This document shows, one piece after another, positions 114,330 to 128,185 of a DNA stretch of 248,000 nucleotides. The stretch is from Octopus vulgaris (lineage: Eukaryota), in assembly GCA_951406725.2 (NCBI GenBank), contig OX597817.1:87812001-88060000 (forward strand). The letters are read 5' to 3'. The notes beneath the pieces are model-generated. The model was not told the origin of the DNA, ran no database searches, and saw only the letters and a program-made list of their open reading frames with translations. Position numbers and translations under genes: made by a program. The first letter of the stretch is position 1. Each line of letters starts with the position of its first letter.

Positions 114330-115040
114330 ATCATACTGTTTCCATTTCTCTCAGCCAATATTTTTACATTAGCCTTCTTTCAAACTCTAGATAATGCAAC
114401 ATACAGCTGACCATATGAGAAGAACTGTGTCGGAAGATATATTCCAATTTGTTCAAAAGTTTGTTCCTGTGCCTTGTTGCACATCAAGGCAAAAGCTGGC
114501 TTGACAGGAAATTGTTTGCATGTAAATGTGAATGGAAATTCCATTTCTTGAGATATATGTGGTATTCTTGGGATTAGTAGTGTTGATCCTGCATAAGGAC
114601 CAGCACAATTTGTGAATGATTTTCTGTTGATCCTGGTCAACAGAAAATCATTCACAAATTGTGCTGTTTCATTTTTTGGAGTAATGATGGTTCTATTTGC
114701 AAGCTACTCAGGGTTTGTGAAGTTATTTTTGAGGTCAGCATATACAAGATCACATAGATCTGAAAGAGTACCATTTTCAAGGCAAAGGTCATTGGGTAGT
114801 CTGATTTTGAATTCACCTAGGCTTTGTTAAACAGAAATGCACCATTTCCTACATTAAGAAGGTAATCAGCAAACTCTCTTTCATCAGAATGACTTTCTGT
114901 AAGAAGTCTTAGATTGATTGTCAACTCCGCTACCTCCACATGATCACAAAGAAAAGATCTCTTTAGTTGTTGCATCAACAATTTGTGATCTGACACCATT
115001 ATTTTGAAGTAGAATATTCTCCTCTCAAGATGCTCTAATG
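114330..115040 (-). mobile_element. Helitron PIF1-helicase remnant
   Basis: LLIPRIP..FTFTCKQFPVKPAFALMCNKAQEQT..FSYGQLYVALSRV; LTINLRL..FADYLLNVGNG. Confidence 0.85.
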
Positions 115041-115944
115041 TGTAATAGAAACAGAATCATGTCCATGTCTCCATGCATATTCAGACATCTGTTTCAGTTG
115101 CTTTGCCCTGGTTTCACGTGATTCAGTTGCCCATCTTTCTCTCTGTCATTATGCCTTTGCTGCTAAATTTTCTTTTCCAGTCGCATATTCATCATCATCA
115201 TCATCATCATCGTTGATGATATATAAATAAATGCTCGTTAAAAACTATCTTGTTTAGCTTGCTAGAAATGGCAGCGATCACATAGTTATTATTGTGAGGT
115301 TTATAGCGTTCCAAGTAGCCATAACAACAAAATCACTTCTTCATTTAAAAAGGAAAAAAAATTATACATATATATTAAAGAATCTTCCTTTTGTCAAAAA
115401 TATTCATTTAACAAACTCTGGAAACTGATAATATTCTTGAAATTGTTCTCGTATCAAAATTATACAGCTATTTTATGTAATAGCATGCATTCATTCAACA
115501 CAAAATCACTTTAAAATTATACCAGTATATTAAAAAATTTTCATTTTATCAAAAATATTCATTTAACAAACTCCGGAAACTGATAATATTCTTGAAATTG
115601 TGTCTCATATCAAGGTTATGTGGCTATTATCAAATTATCATTAATGAAAATAGAGGCAAGCAAGAATGAGAGACTGTTACAAATAAAAACATAAAATGTT
115701 GCCTGCAATTAATTAATAGTGTTTATTATTAAACATTAAAATCTACTCCACAGTAAATGCAATGAATATTTAAATTTATGAAGAATTGGACGCAGTGAAT
115801 GCAATGAATTAATGCAATGAACATGAATTAATAACAATATTTCCAGATGGGCAAGCTTTTAATATTGCTTTCTTTTAATAATTGTTATATATCTAATTAA
115901 TAAGTAGCTTTCTCCATTATAGTATATATATATATGTATATGTG

Positions 115945-115981
<37 letters not shown>

Positions 115982-116309
115982 ATATGTGTGTGTACATGTG
116001 TGTTTGGTCATCCCCCACCTCTTGACAACCGGTGTTGGTATGTTTATGTCCCCGTAACTTATCAGTTTGACAAAAGAGACCAATAAAATAAGTATCACCC
116101 TTTAAAACAATTAAGTACTGGGGTCAATTGATTCAACTATAAAAACACTCTTCAAGGCAGTGCTCCAGCATGGCCACAACCTAATGACTGATGCAAGTAA
116201 AATAAAAGATAATATTGGGATATGATGATACATGTCACTATTATTGATATCCATCCATCCATCTGAGAACGTATTGGTTCTTATTCTATTACCAATGTTG
116301 TGTATATAT

Positions 116310-116340
<31 letters not shown>

Positions 116341-117442
116341 TTATATCATCATTGTTGTAACTTCCCTTTTTCCATGCTAGCATTGGTCAGATGGATATTG
116401 CTGAGGTAGATTTCTATATCTGGATACCCCTTCCTGTCACCAACTCCAAAATAAAGTTATATTTCCTCATGACCAGAAAGACTTTCACAGGAGATTGGAA
116501 ATAAAAGACACTGTTTGTGTGGAGGTGATGCTCATTTAATAACTATTAAAACATGTCAAGCCGAGGAGATACTAATACACACACACACACGTTAGGCTTC
116601 TTTCAGTTTCCATCTACTAAACCCACTAACAAGGCTTTGGTCAGCCAGGAGTTGCAGAAATGCTATTGCTGAAGGTGCCACACAGTGGGACTGAACCCAA
116701 AACCATATGGTTGGAAAATAAACTTCTTAACTACACAACTACATATATGGCTATATATCAGATGTCTGTGATTGTACATGTAAATATTAAATATATGTTT
116801 ATGTGTGTATATATTTGGTGTGTATTAATAGTGTATATATATTAGATACATATGTTTATATGTGTATGTATTATGTGTGTGAGTTTATATGTGTGTATGT
116901 ATTAGTTGTCTGTGTTTATATATGTGCATATACTAGATGTCTTTGTTTGTATCTGTAAACATAGTAGGTGTCTGTGCTTAGACATGTGTATATATTTGAT
117001 GTCTATAGGCGACATCTGTGTTTATATATGTGTATACATTAGATGTCTGTGTTTATATCTGTGTATATAGTAGATATCTGTGTTTATACATGTGTATATA
117101 TTAGATGTCTGTGTTTATATGCGTACATATAGTAGACATCTGTGTCTATTCATGTATATATATTAGAAGTCTCTATTTATATATGTATATATAGTAGATG
117201 TCTGTTTATACATGTGTCTGTATTAGATTTCTTTGTTTATGCATGTGTGTTTATGTGTATATTAAAATCTTTGCTTATGAATATATATATATATATATTA
117301 GCTGTCTGTTTATATATGTGTTAAGTGTCTGTGTTTATGTGCATATATGCCTGTTTATGTGTGTGTGTATTAGATGTCTTTGTTTATCTGTGTGTATGAG
117401 GTGCCTGCATATTGCTTTATTATTATTTTGAAAGTGTTTTCA

Positions 117443-117481
<39 letters not shown>

Positions 117482-117862
117482 GAGAGAGAGTGAGAGAGAG
117501 ATGGGTGGAGTAAATAGATATGTAGGTAGGTAGCAAGACATTTCATTCTAATATTTTGTGTACACATGACAGAACATTTTTATGTCATTATTTCCTGGAG
117601 ATTTCTGTATTTTAAGGGATGGGGTGTGTTGGTTGGTCTGCTTCACATCCTTTCTTCTCTTGAAGAATGATATTTTTTCCTATGGCATGATTTGAAAGCA
117701 GCTCTATGAGCTAAGAAACTAAAGTAAGCAAATATAATGCATTTTCAGTAAGAATTGTGAGGAATAGTTCAAAGTAACACCTTCTAGTGCTGTTTTAAAT
117801 GAAGCTTTCGGTAGAAATTTTGAGGAAAGTGTTATTTTTTTTAATATTGTTGTGTATATCTG

Positions 117863-117921
<59 letters not shown>

Positions 117922-118177
117922 TACTATATCAGATATGTATTTTTCTCTTCATACACTCTTTTCTTTCCATCTGTTTTCTTTCTTCATCTATTCTTTCTGT
118001 AGAGGAGCATAGGCTCAAAATGTTAAATACATCTCATTTAAATACATCTTCATTTAACATCCATTGTCCATAGTGGCATGAGTTGGATGGTTTTTAACCA
118101 GGGCTGGCAAGCTGGAAGGCTGTACAAGACTCTAGTCTAATTTGGTATAATCAGATTTGAAAGTAATTAGTATTGTA

Positions 118178-118221
<44 letters not shown>

Positions 118222-118559
118222 ATTTCATCATCATCATTTAACATCTACTTTCCATACTGGTATGGTAAGACAATTTGATAGGAACTGGGCAGCTGGGGAG
118301 CTTCCCAGGTTCCAGTTGTCTACTTGGCATTGTTTCTATATCTGGATGTCCTTCCTAATGCCAACTACTTCACAGAGTGTAGTAGGTGCTTTTTACATGG
118401 CACCAGCATGGGCGCTTTATGTGGCACTAGCACAGGTGCTTTTACATGGCATTGGCACAGCAGCTTTTCATGGCACCAGCAAGAGTGTTTTTTATGTGAC
118501 ACCAGCACCTATGAGCCCTCAAGAGAAGGACTTCTCATCTGAGAGAAGGACATAGAGGA

Positions 118560-119660
118560 CATACCTGTATGTATAAGATAGTCACAGTTTTACTTAGTTT
118601 GATGTGTTTTCTCAAGCACAGCAAACTAACAGAAGTCTCAGTCCCCAGTCATCACTTCTCTGTGTGGCCCAACATCTGAACATCCTTTTCTACCTCTTCA
118701 TCCCATGTCTTCCTAGGTTTACTCCTTTAACAGGTTCCCTCCACAGTTAGAGATTGGCTCTTTTTTCTGCAGCTGCCCTCATCCATATGCATCTCATGAC
118801 CATACCAGCACAGTCTTCTCTCTTGCACACTATATCTGATGCTAGTTTTTTCTCTTAAATCATTTACTCTGCCATACATGCACACTGACATTATCCATCC
118901 AGCAGAGGATGCTGACTTCACTTCTATCAAGCCTTTACATGTTCTCTTCATTCATAGCCCATGTTTCACAGCCATGGAACATACTCAAGCATCATACAAT
119001 TTACCTTTCACTATTAGGGAGAGGCCCTTTGTTACCTACAAAGGTAACAGCTCTCTCAACTTTGCCCAGTCTGTTCTTATTCTAGTAATTCAGAACTTCC
119101 TTCTCCACTATTAACTTGGTTGCCTAGCTAATGGAAGCTATCTACAACATCTAAGGATCCTTCTGTGAATTTAAGGAAGTCTATACTGTGTACATTCTTA
119201 GTGTTACCTGCACATCTGCCATGCACAAACTACTTTTTCTGTTAATTTTCATGTGATACCACTGCACTTCTTATGTATCCATAGCTTTTTCTGGAGTTTC
119301 TACAAACACCTTTCCTACATATTGATCAGGGTCAACTTCCTGAAGGGATTTGAGAGTTGTCCATTTTTCTACTACTAGGACTTTTGTTTAAATTGACTCA
119401 AAGGCCCTTAGATCCCAGACCTTGCTTCAACACCTGAAATTTTTTCTCTAGTTCAGGTGGTGATACAGCTATAACAACAAGGTCATCAGTGTAAAGGAAC
119501 TCCCAAGAACAGCCTGATTTAAATTCCAATTATGGCCTGGAGGGATGTGATGAACAAAAGGGGACTGAGAATTGATCTTTGGTGAACTCCTATTTGTACA
119601 CTAAATTTATTCTATAATCATTGCCAACCTTCACCTTACTGACAGCTTCCTTGTATATAT
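118560..119660 (-). mobile_element. Degenerate RTE LINE
   Basis: SVQERRLCWYGHEMHMDEGSCRKK; RT motifs decayed. Confidence 0.75.
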
Positions 119661-121743
119661 ACCAACGTTTGTTTTTCTGTTCAATTATGATAAAAACAGT
119701 TTTATATTAAGTTAAAGGATTACTCCATACTCTTGTAGAGTACATATTTATTATTCTTTAACAAGAATAGCATTGACTATGTATGTATGTATGTATGTAT
119801 GTATGTATGTAGGTATGTATGTATGTATATATGTACGTACGTACGTACACACGCACGCATGCATGCATAAGTGTGTGTATGTATGTACGTGTAAATATAC
119901 GTATGTATTTATGTATGTATGTATGTACATACATAAGTAATTAGGAATATAATGTGTGTGTGTATGTAATTAGATTTGATCTTTAGGTATATGAGAATCT
120001 GATTGCAGTGTTATCAAGACAGGACATTAGCTGTCTATTGTGTGTTAAGTACACACAATGTCTTACATGCAAATGTTGAAAACTGTGTGCTATGGCAGAG
120101 GAAGTATATCATTGTATAATACAGTTTTGTGAAGCCATAGTTATGAGCGATTTCATTATTAAATGATATATTAGCTTAGTGTTCTCAGCCATTGTTTCTG
120201 AAATTTTTTTATTATAAATACATCAAGTAATTTTGTTATTTTTTCAGTGAATGGATAGCACATATTGAATGTCTTATAAATTATATTTAGAATATAGCTT
120301 AAAGGCAGTAGATTGTTTTTTGTTGTTTTTTTTTGTCTGTGCTGTTTTTTTTTAAATTTTAAAATAGTGAAATAATCCAGAATGTATGGTGTTGTTGAAT
120401 GGAAGTTTTGGAAATCAAATGTCGACAAAGAAATGTAACAGTTTATAATGAAGAGGAATATGAATTCATCAGATATTTTGTGTGGAACGCATAGAAAAGT
120501 CATCAGGTTATAACAATACTGCATACTGAAAATTTCTGCATGATTTTTAAAATGTTAGATTTAAATTAAAACAACTCCTCTATAATATCTGGCTGGTGTT
120601 TGAACTTACAAAGTGCAGTTCATCACCTTTGTGCAACATATTAGTTAATATATGTAGGCACAGTTGTGGCTGTGTGGTAAGAAGTTTGCTTCCCAATTAC
120701 ACAGTTCCGTGTTCAGTCCCACTGTGTAGTACCTTGGGCATGTGTTTTCTATTATAGCCTTGGACTGACCAAATTCTTGTGAGTGAATTTTGTTGACAGA
120801 AACTGAACGAAGCCCAGTATATATTGTCTGTGTGTGTGTGTGTGTATTTGTTCTCCATGTCTTGATATCACATGATAGTTGTAAATGAGTACCTCTCTGT
120901 CATAGAAGCAGTGTCATCCATTGCCAATATTCTGTGACAATATGTTTGGTTATGGGGAAATATTACCTTGTAGGTAGGGGTTGGTAACAGGAAAGGCATT
121001 CAGCTGTAGAAAATCTGCCTCAAATATACTCCATCCAACCCATGCAATCATGGAAAAGTGAACTTTAAAATGATGATTATGACGATGATGATGTAATATA
121101 ATGTACTGTAAACACATTGATAATATAAAGTAACATTGTATATAAAACTGGGAAAATGTTGGGTGATTGTATTGTTATTTCTGTTGAGAGTTATTGATTA
121201 AAAATAATACAAATTATTTATGAGGGGAAAAAACAACCAAATCATTGAATTTAATTGTTTCTAATGCAATATTAATTTGTTTTCTGTATATTTTTTCTTA
121301 ATGAACAATGAAGCATTGTGAAATAAGACTTATTGTAATTGATGTGGTAAAAAATGTGAAATGAAAACAATATGGTAGTATTGAGTTAGAAATATTAAAT
121401 GTCAAATGTAAGGAAGAAGAAAGGCAATAACAGTCTTCACAAGAAGAGAAAAAGAATAATAGAAGTTACAAAATAATAAAGCTAATGTTTGAAACTGATT
121501 AAGTCTTGGACTATTAATTACTTACTTCGTCAAGATCTAGTTGTTTCTTTGTTTTGTTAGGTTTAAAATTATTTCATTGTTAAAATGAAAAAACAAAATA
121601 ATTGGCTTTGAATTCCACATTTCTGATAAAAGAGATGAGATTGAGAAAAAACACTAAAACTTTAAAGGCATTTTTACATTTGTTTTTTCAACTTTAAAAT
121701 AAGTTGAATGGTTTCTGTTTAATTGTACATATATATGTATATG

Positions 121744-121990
121744 TGGAAGCACGTGGCTTAGTGGTTAGGGTGTGAGCATCATGATCGTAAGATTGTGGTT
121801 TCGATTCCTGGACCAGACGACGCATTGTGTTCTTGAGCAAAACACGTTGCTCCAGTCCACTCAGCTGGCAAAAATGAGTAACGCTGCGATGGACTGGCGT
121901 CCTATCCAGCTGGGGAACACATACGCCATGGAAACCGGGAAAACAGGCCCATGAGCCTGGCTAGGCTTTAAAAGGGCACATTTATTTTTC
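121744..121990 (+). mobile_element. tRNA-derived SINE (ggaagcacgtggcttagtgg head)
   Basis: A/B boxes; body gttgctccagtccactcagctgg; AT-rich tail. Confidence 0.75.
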
Positions 121991-123230
121991 TTTTATATGT
122001 GTATATATGTATGTGTGCACACATACATACATATATAAAGATACACACACACACACACACAAACACACATACATATATATATGTATGTATACATATATGT
122101 GTATATATGTATGAATGTATATAGCTTATTTGGGACTTTGCTCCAGCCACATGTCTGTTCAGTATCCTTGAGCAAGTTATTACATAGAAATTCCCAGTTT
122201 TCATCTACATTACAAGTATCTAAATCTACCTCTCTGCAGTCATATGCATCAGTTAGAACTTCTCTAAATCTGTTCCCGATTGTGGGATCTTTTAGTTTTC
122301 ATATCTTCCTTCTCCATGTCATCACATGTTTCTGTGTCTTCCTAGCTCTAATTCTGAAGTCACTAACCACTAATCTGTGTTGTGTAGTGCATTCTACGCT
122401 AGGAAAGGTTTTGGCTTTTACAACAGATGTTCTTTTCTTGGTGTGAATGTAATCTGTCTGATTTGTGTGTACACCAGATTTGTATGTGACAAGGTGGTTG
122501 GCTGGCTTACTAAAGCGAGTGTTACAAATTGTTAGATCCATTGCATCACAAGACTCCAGGAGCTGTACACTTCATTTCTCTCTTATATATGTTGTGGACT
122601 TATATATGTTGTAGAAGCCATTAGTGTGTTGACTACCGTGACTGTTGAACTCACCAGTCATGATAATAAAGTTGCCATCAGTCATCATCGAAATAGCCTG
122701 CAATAGGGTCTCATAGTAGCAGTCCTTCTGTACTTCTGTTAGTCCTGCCTATGGTGTATGCACCAAGATCACTGTCACTGTTGAGGTGCTTATAACTACT
122801 CTCATCTTGATAATGTTATCACATACTCTCATAACCTCAATTACTTTTTCTATCCATTTCTCAACTAACAGTATGCCTACTCCACCCCTTCCATCACTGT
122901 TACTCCCCTAGATGAATTTGTATCTCTGTCTTTGTGAAGAGTTTGTTTGAGGATCCTTCCTAGCATACTTCTTGCACACAACAAAAATCTACTCATTTTC
123001 ACTCCAGTAGTTTTTCAGTCTCACCAGACCTACCTTTCATCATGCCCTCATTTATAGTTGCAGCCCTAAAGTCTTGGAATCCACAAGAGAGGTGGGTGTA
123101 TCATCAATTAGAAGGCTATTATTTGATTGGATATGAACAAGCAAACAAACAAACAAACAAACAAACATACATACATACATACATACATACACACACACAC
123201 GCATGCATGCATGCACGCACACACACACAT

Positions 123231-123265
<35 letters not shown>

Positions 123266-124336
123266 TGCATGGGGCAGGAAAGTGAACTAATCTCCAGTTG
123301 GATCTGCCTGTTGTTATGCAGTGGATGGAAAAACACAATCTGCAGCTAAACAAGTATAAATCTGAATTAATTCACTTCAGTAAAGAGGCTTCACTTAAGC
123401 TAACATATACTCTTCTCTTGAGCAAAAACCACCTGGCCTCAAACACCACCAGGGACCTCAGAGTAAACATAAGCTAGAGTGCCCTCATAAACAACAAGCT
123501 GACTTGGCCCACAGTCTACAGATGCTCCTACTATATCTTCTCCACCTTTACCCATACCCTTCTTGCATATTGTTGTCTGCTGTTGTCTCCTTACGTAACA
123601 CAAAATATTTTTAAGATTGAAGCACCCCAGAGATTAATCACAAAAAATAGATGACATGACAGGTCTTAATTATTGGGATTGTCTTGAGAAACTCAAATTT
123701 TATTCTTTCCAATGTCACCATATGGGTGCAATATCATTTGCATGATGTAGAAAATATTGCATGATGTAGAAATATAACAGCATTGCACAAATGATGTTGG
123801 CATCAATTTAAAGTTCATTCATGCCATCTGCCTTCTACATAAATCTTGTTTGCATCACATCACAACACTAAGACAGAACTAGTTCATTTCCAACTGGCCT
123901 GACTCTATTTAATATCATGCCAAGACACATAAGAGAAGAAAAAGACCTCATAACATTCAAATACTTCCTGGGTGAATATCTCTAACAAATTTAGATAAAC
124001 CACCTACACCCAGATATATCACTGCAAACAATAACTCTTTACTTGAATGGGTTATGGTACCCAAAAGATGACTGTAATATGAAACATCATTAAAATGTCT
124101 TTTCTAGATGGTGCTATCAAGTTAGTCATAGCTTGAGCCAATTCTGGCCAAAACTTTTTTAAGTATCCAAGTACGTATATATATATACATAGGCACAGGA
124201 GTGGCTTATAGGTGCAGGAGTGGTAAGTAGCTTGCTTACCAACCACATAGTTTTTGGGCAAGTGTCTTCTACTATAGCCTTGGGCTGACCAAAGCCTTGT
124301 GAGTGGATTTGGTAGGTGGAAACTGAAAGAAGCCCG

Positions 124337-124387
<51 letters not shown>

Positions 124388-124435
124388 AATAAATGAAAGA
124401 ATGGAGTTGAACGATGAATTAACAAAATTCCTTTA

Positions 124436-124518
124436 TTTTCGACATATGTTTCGAAGGCTGCATATTCCTAATTTTGAAGGAATAAGGGGTGCATTATGCC
124501 GCCTTCTCATCAGGAAAA
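124436..124518 (-). ncRNA. Type-I hammerhead ribozyme motif (left arm)
   Basis: Reverse complement of the 126089-126171 motif; core intact. Confidence 0.8.
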
Positions 124519-126088
124519 GCAAGGAACTTATGTCAGCATCAAGATGCACAAAAACTTTTAGATGACTGCCCACACAGAGCCCATAGCGATAATGAGTGTT
124601 TCTTTAAAATATTCCGTTATAAGCAGTGACGTCAAAAATGGTTGAATGTAGAAGATTCTAGAAGGTTCAAGGTTGGAGGGGGTAGGCCTAAGAATAGGAA
124701 GGTGATAGGGTGCAGGTCATATGAATGGTGATTTTGTTGTTTTCTTTTGTGAATGAATGCCTATGTTTGTGTATGTATATAACTGCATTAATGTCTGTGT
124801 GTGTGTATGTGTGTGCGTGATTGTGTGTGTGGTTGGGTAGATGCCAAAAACAGACAGTGGTGAAGTGACAGGTTTGTGTCTGTATGTTTGATTGTGCTTA
124901 CGATAAAGAGAGGGAAAGAGAGAGAGAGAGGAGGGGGAGGTAGAGAGACAAAGGTAAAACATACCTCAATGGATTGGGTAGTAGTCCTTTAAGAGTATAA
125001 AAATTGACTATGGGGGTGATATATAAATGGGATTATATTATTAAAATTCAAGGAGGTTATCTATATTAATCATTATTCATATGAGTGAAAGGTGTGTTTT
125101 TGCCAGTGCATGCACCTAAAGGTTTTCTCGACCATTGTATTTATTAAAGGAACTTTGGCGAACAATATATGGAAAAGTTCGGAATTACAGACGCCACAAA
125201 ATTTTCTGCCCTTATCAAATGGAAAGGATACCGACAATATGGACCATTCCAGCCTGAAAGTTGTATTGCTGTCCTTAAGACGCCAAACTAATTTACTTAA
125301 CAGCACAGGACTAAGTAAATTAGTTTGGCGTCTTAAGGACAGCAATACAACTTTCAGGCTGGAATGGTCCATATTGTCGGTATCGTTTCCGTTTGATAAG
125401 GGCAGAAAATTTTGTGGCGTCTGTAATTCCGAACTTTTCCATATATTGTTCGCCAAAGTTCCTTTAATAAATACAATGGTCGAGAAATCCTTTAGGTGCA
125501 TGCACTGGCAAAAACACACCTTTCACTCATATGAATAATGATTAATATAGATAACCTCCTTGAATTTTAATAATATAATCCCATTTATATATCACCCCCA
125601 TAGTCAATTTTTATACTCTTAAAGGACTACTACCCAATCCATTGAGGTATGTTTTACCTCCCCCTCCTCTCTCTCTCTTTCCTTCTCTCTATCGTAAGCA
125701 CAATCAAACACACAGACACAAACCTGTCACTTCACCACTGTCTGTTTTTGGCATCTACCCAACCACACACACAATCACGCACACACATACACACACACAG
125801 ACATTAATGCAGTTATATACATACACACACATAGGCACTCATTCACAAAAGAAAACAACAAAATCACCATTCATATGACCTGCACCCTATCACTTTCCTA
125901 TTCTTAGGCCTACCTCCTCCAACCTTGTTTGAACCCTTGAACCTTCTAGAATCTTCTACATTCAACCATTTTTGACGTCACTGCTTATAACGGAATATTT
126001 TAAAGAAACACTCATTATCGCTATGGGCTCTGTGTGGGCAGTCATCTAAAAGTTTTTGTGCATCTTGATGCTGATATAAGTTCCTTGT

Positions 126089-126171
126089 TTTTCCTGATGA
126101 GAAGGCGGCATAATGCACCCCTTATTCCTTCGAAATTAGGAATATGCAGCCTTCGAAACATATGTCGAAAA
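126089..126171 (+). ncRNA. Type-I hammerhead ribozyme motif (right arm)
   Basis: ttttc-CTGATGA-gaaggc...gccttc-GAAA-catat-GTC-gaaaa; palindromic ACATATGT stem III; predicted cleavage after 126166. Confidence 0.82.
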
Positions 126172-126601
126172 TAAAATAAAGGAATTTTGTTAATTCGTCG
126201 TTCAACTCCATTCTTTCATTTATTTGTATTTAAAAAAACACACAATTTTCCACACGAAAGCACGTGATCTCTGCCCTAGGCATGTAGCTTCAACCGTGTT
126301 TTTCTGACGTGAATTTGCTACCCAGGTATCGGTTAACCGAATTATCCATAATAAGATAATTCATTCAACTACTCTTATATATATATGTATGTATATGTTT
126401 GTGTGTTTCTGTTTGTCCTCTTAACATCGCTTGACAACTGATGCTGGTGTGTTTGCATCCTCGTCGGTTAACGGTTCAGCAAGAGAGACCAATAGAATAA
126501 GTACTGGGGTTGATTTGCTTGACTAAAGGTGGTGATCCAGCATGGCCACAGTCAAATGACTAAAACAAATAAAAGAAGTAAAGAATAAAAGAATATATGT
126601 A

Positions 126602-126649
<48 letters not shown>

Positions 126650-126960
126650 CATATATGTGTGTGTGTCTGTATCATGTAAAATGCTCTCATTCTGGTGCTA
126701 CGTAAACTCATCCAACATGCAAAATGCACCCAGTACACTTTGTAAAGTGGTTGGCATTAGGTAGGGCATCCAGCCATAGAAACCTTGCCAAAATAGACAA
126801 TTGGAGTCTGGATAACTCTCCAGTTGGCAGCTCCTATTTAACTATCCAACCCATGCCAGCATGGAAAACAGATGTTAAACAATGATGATGATATATATGA
126901 ACATATATAGCTGTAATTGAATGGAATGAACATTTACTCTCTCACCTCACTTATCTGTTC

Positions 126961-126994
<34 letters not shown>

Positions 126995-128149
126995 GGCATA
127001 GGAGTGGTGTGGTAGTAGCTTCCTTACCAACCTCATGGTTCCGGGTTCATTCCCACTGTGTGGCACCTTGGGCAAGTGTCTTCTACTATAGCCTCAGGCC
127101 GACCAAAGCCTTGAGTGGATTTCGTAGACGGAAACTGAAAGAAGCCCATCATATATATGTATATGTATGTGTGTGTGTATGTTTGTATATGGTGGTGTGT
127201 TTACATCCCCGTAACTTAGCTGTTCAGCAAAAGAGACAAATAGAATAAGTACTAGGCTTACAAAGAATAAGTCCTGAGGTCGATTTCTCGACTAAAGGTG
127301 GTGCTCCAGCATGGCCACAGTCAGATGACTGAAACAAGTAAAAGAGTAACGAGTAATACACACACACACACACACACACACACTTTTCACCAGTTGTTAT
127401 TCTTAATAGTATCCAATCCCTTATGGAGCAAGTGTATATGTATTTTCAATTGGGTTGGTTGAAGCAAGCAGAGCTGTTAAAACTAAACTGGAATTTCAAG
127501 GTTGAACTTTTCACTTGAGGATTCAGATTTTTGTATTCTATAATAATTTTCATATTTGATAAGTGATTAGCTTTTCCTTGGTATTTGATTTAATAATTAA
127601 ATGCTTTGCTGATCAGTAAGATCATCGTTCACTGCATAAACTACCAGGAGACTCAAATCCTCTACTCCATTCACTGTCAAATCTCACCTCAACAAAAAAC
127701 ACTATTCTTAATTTTGTAAATTTTCCAAGCTATTAAACCCCATCATTCACAGTTTTATGTTCTGCACTATCAAAAGTACTTGGAGACAAAAATTGGTCCA
127801 GTCAGTGTGATGTGGAAAATGCTAAAACATCAAAGATAAAGTTCTTTTACTTTTTTTCTTTTTTTCTAACTTGTTTCAGTCATTGGACTGTCGCCATGCT
127901 GGGGCAACACTTTGGAGATTTTTGTTGATTAAATCAATCCCAGCGCTTAATGTTTAAGCCTGGTTCTTATTTTATCAGTCTCTTAGGTTGAACTGCTTAA
128001 TTACTAGGAGGAAAACGACCCAACAAAGGTTGTCAAGTAGTGTAGGTGGACAAACACACACACCTCACACATATCCATCCATGTATATATATATATGCTA
128101 GCATGGAAAACAGACGTTAAACGATGATGATGATGATGATGATGATGAT

Positions 128150-128185
<36 letters not shown>

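Larger units (their letters stand above)
124383..126229. mobile_element. 1.85-kb palindrome of a Penelope-like 3' end (GIY-YIG C-terminus + 3' UTR)
   Basis: Arms ~915 bp, loop 125300-125311. Peptide STGLSKLVWRLKDSN..EWSIL..CGVCNSELFHI is a PLE endonuclease C-terminal signature, and the ORF track reads the same peptide on both strands. Confidence 0.92.

Noticed and set aside
125073-125538. Twin 148-aa ORFs on opposite strands as host genes
   Set aside because: Produced by the PLE fold-back; only the half after the loop is genuine endonuclease sequence
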